A stretch of 64,000 nucleotides of DNA from a virus, in IMG/VR virus record IMGVR_UViG_3300043570_001741, positions 1 through 64,000 of that record. One strand, written 5' to 3'. The notes beneath the pieces were generated by a model. The model worked only from the letters and a program-made list of their open reading frames with translations, was not told the origin of the DNA and did not search any database. The translations under genes were made by a program, and so were the position numbers. Positions 20,507-29,785 of the stretch are shown piece by piece; within the stretch, counting starts at the first letter, position 1; every line of letters begins with the position of its first letter.

Positions 20507-21033
20507 AATACTTTGATGAATTAAAACGTAGCATGGAATGGCTTGCGACACATGAACGTGTGTTGTTTATGGGTCAGGCAGTAGCAGAACCAGGTACAGG
20601 CATGTCAAACACTTTGAAAGATATTGACCGCAGTAAGCTATTAGAGTTACCTGTTGCAGAAGATATGCAGATGGGTATGACTTTAGGTATGGCATTGAGT
20701 GGTCATATTCCAGTTAGCATCTATCCAAGATGGAACTTTCTATTATGTGCGACCAATCAGTTGGTGAGTCACCTAGATAAAGTGTCAGCAATGTCTGATT
20801 ATAAAGTAAAGACTATTATTCGTACAAGTATTGGTTCAGAAAGGCCATTACATCCACAGGCACAACACGTTGGTGATTTTACTGATGCATTTAAATTGAT
20901 GTGTAAAACGGTAGATATTATTAAACTTGAAAATCCTAAGGATATATTCCCTGCTTATGAACTTGCGTTATTGAGAGATGATAACCGTTCTACAATTATT
21001 GTTGAGTACGGAGATTATTATAATGAAAAATGA
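20503..21033 (+). CDS. ThDP-dependent E1 beta/transketolase pyrimidine-binding subunit (no C-terminal domain)
   Basis: GQAV, ELPVAE..QMG..GMAL, NQLV..LDK, QH motifs. Confidence 0.85.
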   Translation: MKYFDELKRSMEWLATHERVLFMGQAVAEPGTGMSNTLKDIDRSKLLELPVAEDMQMGMTLGMALSGHIPVSIYPRWNFLLCATNQLVSHLDKVSAMSDYKVKTIIRTSIGSERPLHPQAQHVGDFTDAFKLMCKTVDIIKLENPKDIFPAYELALLRDDNRSTIIVEYGDYYNEK

Positions 21034-22013
21034 TTATCACTAAAACACCATATCGTTTATCTCTATTTGGTGGCGGCACAGATTATCCTGCATGGTATAG
21101 TAAACATCCATGCAGGATTTTATCAGCTGCAATGGCAAACTATTGTTATATTACTGTTAAAGAGTTACCGCCATTCTTTGAACATAAAACAAGAGTGGTT
21201 TACTCCAAAATTGAAAGCGTTAACACAGTAGATGAGATAGACCATCCTTCTGTTAGAGCATGTTTACAACACATGGGGATTACAGGAGACATTTCTATTG
21301 TGCATGATGGAGACTTACCTGCACGTTCTGGCATAGGCTCCAGTTCTTCATTCACAGTTGGTCTATTGAATGCTCTACATGAATATAAGAATAAACCTTT
21401 TGGGTCTTTAAATTGCCTGGCAAAAGAAGCCATACACATTGAACAGAATGTTCTAGGTGAGAATGTAGGCATACAAGACCAAATCATGGCTGCATATGGC
21501 GGTATTCGTGTTATTAAAATGAATGAAAATGGTTGGTCAACAGAAGAATTAAAATTAGATTCTAATTACATTAAAAATCTAGAGTCTCATATCATGCTTG
21601 GGTTTTCTGGAGTAAGTAGATTTTCAGGAGAACATTCTTGTAAAGTTGTTACCAAAATTAAAGAAGATAAAATTCATAGTCAACTGACAGATATGGCAGC
21701 ACTTGCGGACAGCGCCATAAATAGTATTACCAGACATTGTAGTGTAGAAGAAATTGGAAAGTTACTACACGAAGGGTTTACTATCAAACAATCCATTGGT
21801 ACAGAACCATGGATTGATGATATCTACCAACATTCTTTACAATGTGGCTCATTAGGTGGCAAACTAATGGGTGCTGGCGGTGGTGGTTTTTTTATGTTTT
21901 TAGTACCACCTGAGAGACAAGGAGAATTTAAAAAACAAATGAGTTCTATTAAAGTGTGGGTGCCATTTAAATTTGATACAAATGGTAGCCAAATTATACA
22001 TCAATCAAACTGA
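21030..22013 (+). CDS. GHMP sugar kinase, HddA (heptose-7-P kinase)-like
   Basis: TPYRLSLFGGGTD, PARSGIGSSS, GIQDQ, GGKLMGAGGGGF motifs. Confidence 0.9.
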   Translation: MIITKTPYRLSLFGGGTDYPAWYSKHPCRILSAAMANYCYITVKELPPFFEHKTRVVYSKIESVNTVDEIDHPSVRACLQHMGITGDISIVHDGDLPARSGIGSSSSFTVGLLNALHEYKNKPFGSLNCLAKEAIHIEQNVLGENVGIQDQIMAAYGGIRVIKMNENGWSTEELKLDSNYIKNLESHIMLGFSGVSRFSGEHSCKVVTKIKEDKIHSQLTDMAALADSAINSITRHCSVEEIGKLLHEGFTIKQSIGTEPWIDDIYQHSLQCGSLGGKLMGAGGGGFFMFLVPPERQGEFKKQMSSIKVWVPFKFDTNGSQIIHQSN

Positions 22014-22021
22014 GGTTTATT

Positions 22022-23191
22022 ATGAAATTTCCATTAATGCGAAATAATATTTTGAGAAGTGAGTTAGATGCCGTCATTGAGCATTTGAAACAAGATGATC
22101 CAATTCTAACCAATGGCCCTAATTGCCGAGCATTCGAAGAAGAATGGTCTAAGTGGTTAGGCGTTAAGTATTCTGTTTTTGTTAACTCAGGTGCTTCTGC
22201 CAATCTGTTGTCAATGACCTTATTGAAGATTCAACACCCATTTGGTGGTGAAATCATTGTACCACCTTTGACATGGGTATCAGATATAGCTTCTGTATTG
22301 CAATGCGGATTCACACCAGTGTTTGTTGATATTGACCCAAGAACATTGGCAATGGATACAAAAGGTATTATTAATGCCATCACACCAAACACTAAGGCAG
22401 TTTTCTTATCACATATCCAAGGTTTTAATGGCCTTACTGATGAATTGTTGGATGAATTAAAGAAACGAGATATTCCTTTAATTGAAGATGTGTGTGAATC
22501 ACATGGTGCAACACATAAAGGTAAGAAACTAGGGTCTTTTGGTTGGACTTCTAATTTCTCATTCTACTATGCTCATCACATGACCACAATTGAAGGCGGT
22601 ATGGTTTGTACCAATGATGAAGAAACTTATCAGACCTTGAGAATGTTAAGGTCACATGGTATGGTTCGTGAGCTATCTAACCAAGACTATAAAGATTGTT
22701 GGATTGAAGATAATCCCGGTTGTAATCCAGAATTCATTTTTGCTTACCCGGCTTACAATATGCGTAACAACGAAATAGGCGGCATACTTGGTCGAAAACA
22801 GTTGCCAAACTTAGATGAAAATGTTAAAATAAGGAACTTTAACAATGAAAGGTTCTTACGTAACATAGATTCAAACAAATACTTTACTGATTTTGAGCTA
22901 GAAGGTGCTAGTAACTATGCATTCAACCTAGTGTTAAAAGATAAAGATAATGTTCGTTTGGCTAATCTTATGAAGACCTTGAAAGAATCTGGAGTTGAAT
23001 TCAGAAGAGGCAGTGCTGGTGGTGGTAATCAATTAAGACAACCTTATTTGAAAAACTTAATGCCTCCTGCACACTACGAAGAATTTAAAAACACGGAACA
23101 TATTCACTTCTATGGATTCTACATTGGTAATTTTCCATCAATGACAGTAAATGAAATTGATGAGATTTGTGAAATAATTAATAAGGTATAA
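22022..23191 (+). CDS. DegT/DnrJ family PLP enzyme, ColD/E1-type 3-dehydratase
   Basis: VNSGASAN, EDVCESHGA, SFYYAHHMTTIEGG (His at the usual catalytic Lys position). Confidence 0.85.
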   Translation: MKFPLMRNNILRSELDAVIEHLKQDDPILTNGPNCRAFEEEWSKWLGVKYSVFVNSGASANLLSMTLLKIQHPFGGEIIVPPLTWVSDIASVLQCGFTPVFVDIDPRTLAMDTKGIINAITPNTKAVFLSHIQGFNGLTDELLDELKKRDIPLIEDVCESHGATHKGKKLGSFGWTSNFSFYYAHHMTTIEGGMVCTNDEETYQTLRMLRSHGMVRELSNQDYKDCWIEDNPGCNPEFIFAYPAYNMRNNEIGGILGRKQLPNLDENVKIRNFNNERFLRNIDSNKYFTDFELEGASNYAFNLVLKDKDNVRLANLMKTLKESGVEFRRGSAGGGNQLRQPYLKNLMPPAHYEEFKNTEHIHFYGFYIGNFPSMTVNEIDEICEIINKV

Positions 23192-23192
23192 A

Positions 23193-24119
23193 ATGGCAAA
23201 TATTTTAGTGACAGGCGGTGCAGGGTATATTGGTTCTACACTTGTACCAATTCTTTTAAGTAAAGGACATAACGTAACTGTACTTGATAACTTTATGTAT
23301 GGCCAAACGTCTTTGAACCAATTGGCACACTTGAAAAACTTTAATGTGTTTAGTGGTGATGTTCGTATTAAATCTGACATTGCACCAATGTTAAAACAAG
23401 CTGATGTTATTATTCCATTGGCTGCATATGTTGGTGCACCATTGTGTAACAAGGATCCAATTGGTGCATCTTCTACCAATAAAGATGCCATCTTTTTGAT
23501 GCTTGATAACTTGTCACAGAATCAAGTCGTATTGATGCCTACAACTAATAGTGCCTATGGTACAGGTACATATTGTACCGAAGAATCATCATTGAATCCT
23601 ATTTCACTTTATGCCAAAGATAAAGTTGAAGTCGAGAAACGTTTGATGGATCATCCTAACTCCATTAGTTACCGATTGGCAACAGTATTTGGTATGTCAC
23701 CACGTATGAGAATTGATTTGCTTGTCAACGATTTTGTACACCGAGCCGTTAATGATGGATGTGCTGTGTTATTTGAAGGCCATTTCAAACGTAACTATGT
23801 TCATGTACGTGATGTTTCTAATGCATTTGTACATGCGCTAAATAACTTTGAAGACATGAAAGATGAAATCTACAATGTGGGTTTATCAGAGGCTAATGTT
23901 TCTAAATGGGAACTGTGTGAAGTGATTAAGAAATATATTCCTAGTTTCACATTTTTGGAAGCTGAAGTTGGTAAAGACCCTGACCAACGAAACTATATTG
24001 TATCTAATGAAAAGATTGAGGCAACTGGTTTCAAAACTCAACACACATTAGATTCAGGTGTTGAAGAACTCATTAAGGGTTATCGTATGATTAACAACCG
24101 TAAATATGGTAATGTTTAA
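23193..24119 (+). CDS. NAD-dependent nucleotide-sugar epimerase/reductase (extended SDR)
   Basis: TGGAGYIG, YAKDK (YxxxK), RLATVFG motifs. Confidence 0.9.
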   Translation: MANILVTGGAGYIGSTLVPILLSKGHNVTVLDNFMYGQTSLNQLAHLKNFNVFSGDVRIKSDIAPMLKQADVIIPLAAYVGAPLCNKDPIGASSTNKDAIFLMLDNLSQNQVVLMPTTNSAYGTGTYCTEESSLNPISLYAKDKVEVEKRLMDHPNSISYRLATVFGMSPRMRIDLLVNDFVHRAVNDGCAVLFEGHFKRNYVHVRDVSNAFVHALNNFEDMKDEIYNVGLSEANVSKWELCEVIKKYIPSFTFLEAEVGKDPDQRNYIVSNEKIEATGFKTQHTLDSGVEELIKGYRMINNRKYGNV

Positions 24120-24517
24120 TGGAATACAATAAGAAGAATTTAAAATTGGTGTCAGATATCATTATTAGAAATCTATCACCAGACTTATTACCTAAGAAAT
24201 GGGTTGAACGTAATTCAAACAACCCAATGTTTGGCCATTGTCATACCGCTTCTGGTTGCCTACAGAAAGTATTTGGTACAAAGAATATTAAACTATACCG
24301 TGCTTTAGATGATGAACAAATCTGGCATTGGTGGGTAGTAGATGTTAACGGAGATTTGATTGACCTGACTGCCGAACAATACTATTCTCAAGGGAGAAAC
24401 CCACCCTACAATGATGGGACCAAGGCATCGATACTAGGATTTGACTATCGTAAACGTGTCTTGAGGTTACTGGAAAAGGTAACTAAAGAATTATCTGAAA
24501 ACGGAACACCGCTATGA
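24119..24517 (+). CDS. Hypothetical protein (Cys/His/Asp, possibly transglutaminase-like)
   Basis: GHCHTAS...HWW...IDLT pattern. Confidence 0.55.
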   Translation: MEYNKKNLKLVSDIIIRNLSPDLLPKKWVERNSNNPMFGHCHTASGCLQKVFGTKNIKLYRALDDEQIWHWWVVDVNGDLIDLTAEQYYSQGRNPPYNDGTKASILGFDYRKRVLRLLEKVTKELSENGTPL

Positions 24518-24542
24518 TATGCTTATTTGAAGTTGTTGTCAA
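24514..24542 (-). promoter_or_regulatory. Antisense sigma70-type promoter upstream of gp55
   Basis: Minus strand TTGACA (24542-24537), 17-nt spacer, TATCAT (24519-24514). Confidence 0.55.
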
Positions 24543-24576
24543 GCGCTAATACAGGCAAATGTGAAAGAATATTATT

Positions 24577-25116
24577 ATGACTGAAAAGAAACCTAAACAC
24601 TATATTAACAACCCAGACTTCCTTGCCGCCTTGGTAAAGTATAGAAGTCAATGTGATGAGGCTAAGACTTTAGGTAAAGAAGACCCCAAGATACCAAACT
24701 ATATTGGTGAATGTTTCTTAAAGATTGCAGAACACCTATCACGTAAGCCAAACTTCATCTCCTATTCCTTCCGTGATGAGATGATTGCCGATGGTATTGA
24801 AAACTGCCTGATGTACTTCAGAAACTTTGACCCGGTAAAGAGTAACAATCCATTTGCTTATTTCACTCAAATAGTGTATTATGCTTTCTTACGCCGTATT
24901 ATGAAAGAGAAAAAACAGCTCTATGTCAAATACAAGGCAACACAACAGATTGGTATACTAGACGAATTTGAAATGTTTGAAGATGCAGATGGGCATCAGA
25001 AACAGTTCCAATTATATGACAATATCTCCGAATTCATTTTCAACTTTGAAGAAAGTAAGAGAAAGAAGAAAGAGGGTAAAGCTAAAGGTCTGGAAAAGTT
25101 TATTGAAGAAATATGA
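24577..25116 (+). CDS. gp55: Late transcription sigma factor
   Basis: HYINN.DF, YIGECFLKIA, EMIADGIENC, NPFAYFTQI motifs. Confidence 0.95.
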   Translation: MTEKKPKHYINNPDFLAALVKYRSQCDEAKTLGKEDPKIPNYIGECFLKIAEHLSRKPNFISYSFRDEMIADGIENCLMYFRNFDPVKSNNPFAYFTQIVYYAFLRRIMKEKKQLYVKYKATQQIGILDEFEMFEDADGHQKQFQLYDNISEFIFNFEESKRKKKEGKAKGLEKFIEEI

Positions 25117-26183
25117 AATTAGTTATTCTTGGTGACACACACTTTGGTGCTCGTGGTGATTCGTTAGATTTCCACAGATTCTTCCAAAGATTTTATGATG
25201 AGGTATTTTTCCCATACCTATTAGAGAATGATATTAAGGTAGTTGTACAGTTGGGTGATTTGTTTGATAGACGCAAGTTTATTAATTTCAATTCACTCTA
25301 TCTTGCTCGCAAATACTTTTTTAATAAGCTCAAAGAACACAACATTACAATGTACACTCTATTAGGTAACCATGATGTTGCCTATAAGAATACACTTGAA
25401 GTTAATTCATCAAGTATGTTATTGAAAGAGTATGATAATGTCACGGTGTTCGATGAGTTCGCCACAATCGATTTTGGTGGTGTTCCTATCGATGTGATAC
25501 CATGGCTATGCGATGACAATGAAGATGAAATCTTTACCAAAATCAAAGAATCGAAATCACAAATTTGTTTTGGGCATTTTGAGATTTCAGGCTTTGAGAT
25601 GGATAGAGGCAATGTTAGCGATGTAGGTATTGACAAGAAGACATTAAACAAGTATGATATGGTCATTACTGGTCACTTTCATCACAAATCGGATGATGGG
25701 AATATCTTCTACACAGGCACTCCTTATGAGATGACTTGGGCAGACTATCAGGATGATAAAGGCTTTCATGTCTTTGATACTGATACTAGAAATATGGAGT
25801 TCATAGTAAATCCAAATCGTATGTTCCGAAAGGTAATGTATGATGATTCAAAACAAGACTTTGAATCTTGGAAACAATATGACTACCCATCTTTGAAAGA
25901 CTGTTATGTGAAAGTTGTTGTTATCAATAAACAAAATCCATATTTGTTTGATAATGTATTAGACAACCTATACAAAGCAGGCCTATCTGATATTTCTATC
26001 GTAGAAGATTTTACTGATACCGCATTTGATACTGACCAAGATATTATTGACCAAGCGGAAGATACAATGACAATACTTTCAAAGTACATTGATAACCTTC
26101 AATTGCAGGTTGAACCAGAGAAATTAAAAAACATAATGCGTGAACTCTATGTTGAGGCATTGAATACAGAAGTAGCTGAATGA
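25113..26183 (+). CDS. gp47: Recombination endonuclease subunit (Mre11/SbcD-like)
   Basis: GDTHFG, LGDLFD, GNHD, GHFH motifs. Confidence 0.95.
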   Translation: MKLVILGDTHFGARGDSLDFHRFFQRFYDEVFFPYLLENDIKVVVQLGDLFDRRKFINFNSLYLARKYFFNKLKEHNITMYTLLGNHDVAYKNTLEVNSSSMLLKEYDNVTVFDEFATIDFGGVPIDVIPWLCDDNEDEIFTKIKESKSQICFGHFEISGFEMDRGNVSDVGIDKKTLNKYDMVITGHFHHKSDDGNIFYTGTPYEMTWADYQDDKGFHVFDTDTRNMEFIVNPNRMFRKVMYDDSKQDFESWKQYDYPSLKDCYVKVVVINKQNPYLFDNVLDNLYKAGLSDISIVEDFTDTAFDTDQDIIDQAEDTMTILSKYIDNLQLQVEPEKLKNIMRELYVEALNTEVAE

Positions 26184-27892
26184 TTATTTTTCGTAAGGTT
26201 CGTTGGAAGAATTTACTTTCAACGGGCAACCACTTTACTGAGATACAACTTGATGGTAACTCCAACACATTAGTTGTTGGTGAAAATGGATCAGGTAAAA
26301 GTACAATGCTTGATGCATTGTGTTTCGGCCTGTTTGGCAAAGCATTTCGTAATGTTAACAAGCCACAATTGTTGAATTCAATCAATCAAAAAGATTGTGT
26401 CGTTGAAGTTGAGTTTGATGCCAATAATAAATCATATAAGATTATTCGTGGTATTAAACCAAATGTGTTTGAGATTCAACAGAATGGTGACTTGTTAAAC
26501 CAAGATGCGGCTGCAAGAGACTACCAAGAATTCTTAGAGAAGTTCATTCTCAAAATGAATTACAAATCTTTCACACAGATTGTTATTCTTGGTTCGGCAT
26601 CATTCACGCCATTCATGCAGCTATCATCTTCTGACCGCAGAACTATTATTGAAGACTTACTTGACATTCAAATCTTCTCTACAATGAATGGGTTGGTAAA
26701 AGGTAGATTATCAGCCAATAAAGATTCAACTTCAAATAAGAAGTATGATATTGATTTGACAAAACAAAAATATGATTTAGAAAAGAAACATATTGATGAG
26801 TTGAAACAGAACAATGATGAGAAAGTGAAACAATATGAAGGTGAGATTGAACGTAATAATCAAACCATACAAACCTTACATGCAGAAATTGCTAATGCCT
26901 CAACATACGTTGCAGACTACTCTACCAAGGTGGCATTACAGGTTGAAACTGAGAATAAGGTTAAAAAACTTGGTAAGCTTGAATCACAAATTGAAAGCAA
27001 CTTATCCAAATTTCAGAAAGATATCAGTTTCTTTTCACACAATGATGATTGTCCAACGTGTAGGCAATCCATTGCCGCCGAGTTTAAAGAAGGACAAATA
27101 CAGTCCCTACAAACCAAGACTGAACAATGTGAACACGGGTTAAAAGAACTAGAAACGAAACTGTTAGAAGAACAGTCTAAGTTGAATGAGATTGCTGAAG
27201 TACAGAGAGCTATTCAGAAGTTACAAATTGATATTGCAACAAAGAACACTACCATTGTAGAAGTTAACAAGTATATTGTTAAGATGCAAAAAGAGGTAGA
27301 GTTATTGAAAGAGACAAAAGGTTCAACACAGCTACAAGAAACACAGCTGCAAGAACTCGCAAGTCAGTTGAAACAACTAGAATCAGACTTAAAAGAATTG
27401 ATAGAAGAAAAAACATATTATGAAACGGCAACGTCATTGTTAAGAGATACTGGTATTAAGACCAAGATTATCAAACAGTATTTGCCTATCATCAATAAGT
27501 TGGTCAACAAATATTTATCATCACTAGATTTCTTTGTAAACTTTAACCTAGATGAATCATTTAAAGAAACAATCAAATCAAGGCATCGTGATGACTTTTC
27601 TTACCACAACTTTTCTGAAGGTGAGAAACAACGTATTGATATGGCCTTGATGTTAACATGGCGTGCTGTTGCTAAGTTAAAGAACTCATCTAATACCAAC
27701 TTGTTGATTTTGGATGAAACATTTGATTCTTCATTAGACACTACTGGTACGGAAGAATTGATGAAGATTCTACACATGCTTGAGGGTGTTAACCTATTTG
27801 TTATTAGCCACAAGGGTGACATTCTACAAGATAAGTTTGCTAACGTAATTAGATTCGGTAAAGAAAAGAATTTTTCAAGGATAATAAAATGA
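26180..27892 (+). CDS. gp46: Recombination ATPase subunit (Rad50/SbcC-like)
   Basis: GENGSGKST, CPTC zinc hook, FSEGE signature, LILDE. Confidence 0.95.
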   Translation: MIIFRKVRWKNLLSTGNHFTEIQLDGNSNTLVVGENGSGKSTMLDALCFGLFGKAFRNVNKPQLLNSINQKDCVVEVEFDANNKSYKIIRGIKPNVFEIQQNGDLLNQDAAARDYQEFLEKFILKMNYKSFTQIVILGSASFTPFMQLSSSDRRTIIEDLLDIQIFSTMNGLVKGRLSANKDSTSNKKYDIDLTKQKYDLEKKHIDELKQNNDEKVKQYEGEIERNNQTIQTLHAEIANASTYVADYSTKVALQVETENKVKKLGKLESQIESNLSKFQKDISFFSHNDDCPTCRQSIAAEFKEGQIQSLQTKTEQCEHGLKELETKLLEEQSKLNEIAEVQRAIQKLQIDIATKNTTIVEVNKYIVKMQKEVELLKETKGSTQLQETQLQELASQLKQLESDLKELIEEKTYYETATSLLRDTGIKTKIIKQYLPIINKLVNKYLSSLDFFVNFNLDESFKETIKSRHRDDFSYHNFSEGEKQRIDMALMLTWRAVAKLKNSSNTNLLILDETFDSSLDTTGTEELMKILHMLEGVNLFVISHKGDILQDKFANVIRFGKEKNFSRIIK

Positions 27893-28464
27893 GTGAAATA
27901 CTAAGAATTGATACTAGTGCTGGTGTAACAAAAGCAACAGACACTATTGAAGACCTGCCTTTATATAATGATAATCATCCTATGTTAAAGGCTGTTATTC
28001 CAGAATATAGAATACAGTTGCCTAACCCATTGATGACCAAATTGGTTAAAAGGTTGAAACAAACAAAACTAAAATATGGCGGCATTGGCCTTTCTGCAAA
28101 CCAATGTGGTGTTATGGAAAGAGTATTCGTTATTGGGTATGAAGAAACTAATATGGTTTGTATCAACCCTAAAATCATTGATGCTTCGGCAGACTTGATT
28201 AAAGACAATGAAGGTTGCCTCTCTTTCCCTGGTTTATATGTTAAGATATCAAGGCCTAGTTGGTTGGAAGTAGAGTACGTTACTGAAAATGGCGAACTAA
28301 TACGACAAAGAATTGAAGGTCTGACTGCAAGATGTTTTGCACATGAATTGGATCATATGAATGGTACTAAGTTTACCGAACATGTTGGTCCAGTTGCACT
28401 CAGACTGGCTAAAGATAAACAAGAAAAACGCATTAAGAAACATGTGCGAAATAGAAAGAAATAA
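27889..28464 (+). CDS. def: Peptide deformylase
   Basis: GIGLSANQ, EGCLS, HELDH motifs. Confidence 0.93.
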   Translation: MSEILRIDTSAGVTKATDTIEDLPLYNDNHPMLKAVIPEYRIQLPNPLMTKLVKRLKQTKLKYGGIGLSANQCGVMERVFVIGYEETNMVCINPKIIDASADLIKDNEGCLSFPGLYVKISRPSWLEVEYVTENGELIRQRIEGLTARCFAHELDHMNGTKFTEHVGPVALRLAKDKQEKRIKKHVRNRKK

Positions 28465-29741
28465 TGGCATACGGATTTGACCCAAAAGATGATGTAGATA
28501 CGCAATGGACAAAATGGCATGCAGACTTTAAAGAGCCTGCTGTTTTGACTGATGAGACTTTACGTGAGAAAATCATTAGTGACCTTACATTTGTATCAAA
28601 GATGGATGTCAAAGAATATACATTATACCAAAAATGGTGTGAAGTGCAAGACAGATATCCTACAATGACTGTTAATGATTTGTGGGAAGGTGAGAAGGTT
28701 GTATTACAGAGTGATGTTCAACGTGATGCTATTGATGACATTAAGAACAACTTTTGGATTCCAGAAACACTTGAAGATTATCTGAAACTTGAACCTGAAA
28801 TGATTTACACAAACAAAGGTGAGAACTTGCCTGAATTGTGGAATTGTATTCGCACCTTTTCTTCTACAATGAAGAACAACTCTAACATTGGCCGCAATCT
28901 AAACTTCATCATTCGTGATAAGGTAACAAAGAAGTATCTTGGTGTTATTTGTATTTCATCAGACTTTCTTGATTTGACACCAAGAGATAATCACATTGGT
29001 TGGCCAAGAGAACTTAAAACACAAGGCGGTATGATTAACCATACTGCAATTGGTTCTACAATTGTTCCATTGCAGCCACTTGGTTTTAATTATGTTGGTG
29101 GTAAATTACTGGCACTTCTATGTCTTGCCGATCCTGTACAAGAATTGTGGAAGAAATTATATGGCGACACATTAGTTTCTGTAACTACAACTTCATTGTA
29201 TGGTAGAACTAAGGCTGATGGACTTTCTCAGTATGATGGTCTAGACCACTGGCAGAAAATGGGATTTACGGCAGGTTCGGTATCATTTGAACCAGAAAAA
29301 GAAACACGATATGATATTCGTGATTGGTTGAAAACAAAACATACACGTAAATACTTTGAATGGTATGTTGCAAAGAAGCCAAGCGGACAACCACATAAGC
29401 GTGACCATAAGAATCGTTCACTTCAGTTTGTTTATTCTAAATTGAATATTCCTAAAGAGTTGATTCGTACAGACCATGCTCGAGGCATTTATTGGTCGCC
29501 ACTATACGATAACTCTATTGATTACCTTAATAAGAAAATTGGTGATGATGACTTGGTTAAATCATTTGATACAAGCGTTGAAGCCTTAGTTGATATTTGG
29601 AGAACTAAACATGCCAAACCACGTATCAAACAATTGGCCAAAAAAGGCCGTAACAATAACGAAACCTTGTTCTATGACGACCTCTGTTATCTAACATGGG
29701 AACAGGCAAAAGAGAAGTATCTTTGCCAAGTTGGTCGTTAA
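28464..29741 (+). CDS. DUF4338/DruA-like protein (paralog 1)
   Basis: GRNL.FI, IVP.QP.GFNY.GGKLLA, TTTSLYG, SQYD motifs recalled for DUF4338; paralogous to 46245-47360. Confidence 0.7.
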   Translation: MAYGFDPKDDVDTQWTKWHADFKEPAVLTDETLREKIISDLTFVSKMDVKEYTLYQKWCEVQDRYPTMTVNDLWEGEKVVLQSDVQRDAIDDIKNNFWIPETLEDYLKLEPEMIYTNKGENLPELWNCIRTFSSTMKNNSNIGRNLNFIIRDKVTKKYLGVICISSDFLDLTPRDNHIGWPRELKTQGGMINHTAIGSTIVPLQPLGFNYVGGKLLALLCLADPVQELWKKLYGDTLVSVTTTSLYGRTKADGLSQYDGLDHWQKMGFTAGSVSFEPEKETRYDIRDWLKTKHTRKYFEWYVAKKPSGQPHKRDHKNRSLQFVYSKLNIPKELIRTDHARGIYWSPLYDNSIDYLNKKIGDDDLVKSFDTSVEALVDIWRTKHAKPRIKQLAKKGRNNNETLFYDDLCYLTWEQAKEKYLCQVGR

Positions 29742-29746
29742 AACGC

Positions 29747-29775
29747 TTGACAAACAGCCTATATAATTATATAAT
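29747..29775 (+). promoter_or_regulatory. Consensus sigma70 promoter for the tRNA-like RNA
   Basis: TTGACA (29747-52), 17-nt spacer, TATAAT (29770-75). Confidence 0.85.
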
Positions 29776-29785
29776 AGACACAAAT

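Noticed and set aside
19907-21033. Pyruvate dehydrogenase auxiliary metabolic genes
   Set aside because: The subunits are short, E2/E3 are absent, and the genes are embedded in a nucleotide-sugar cluster.
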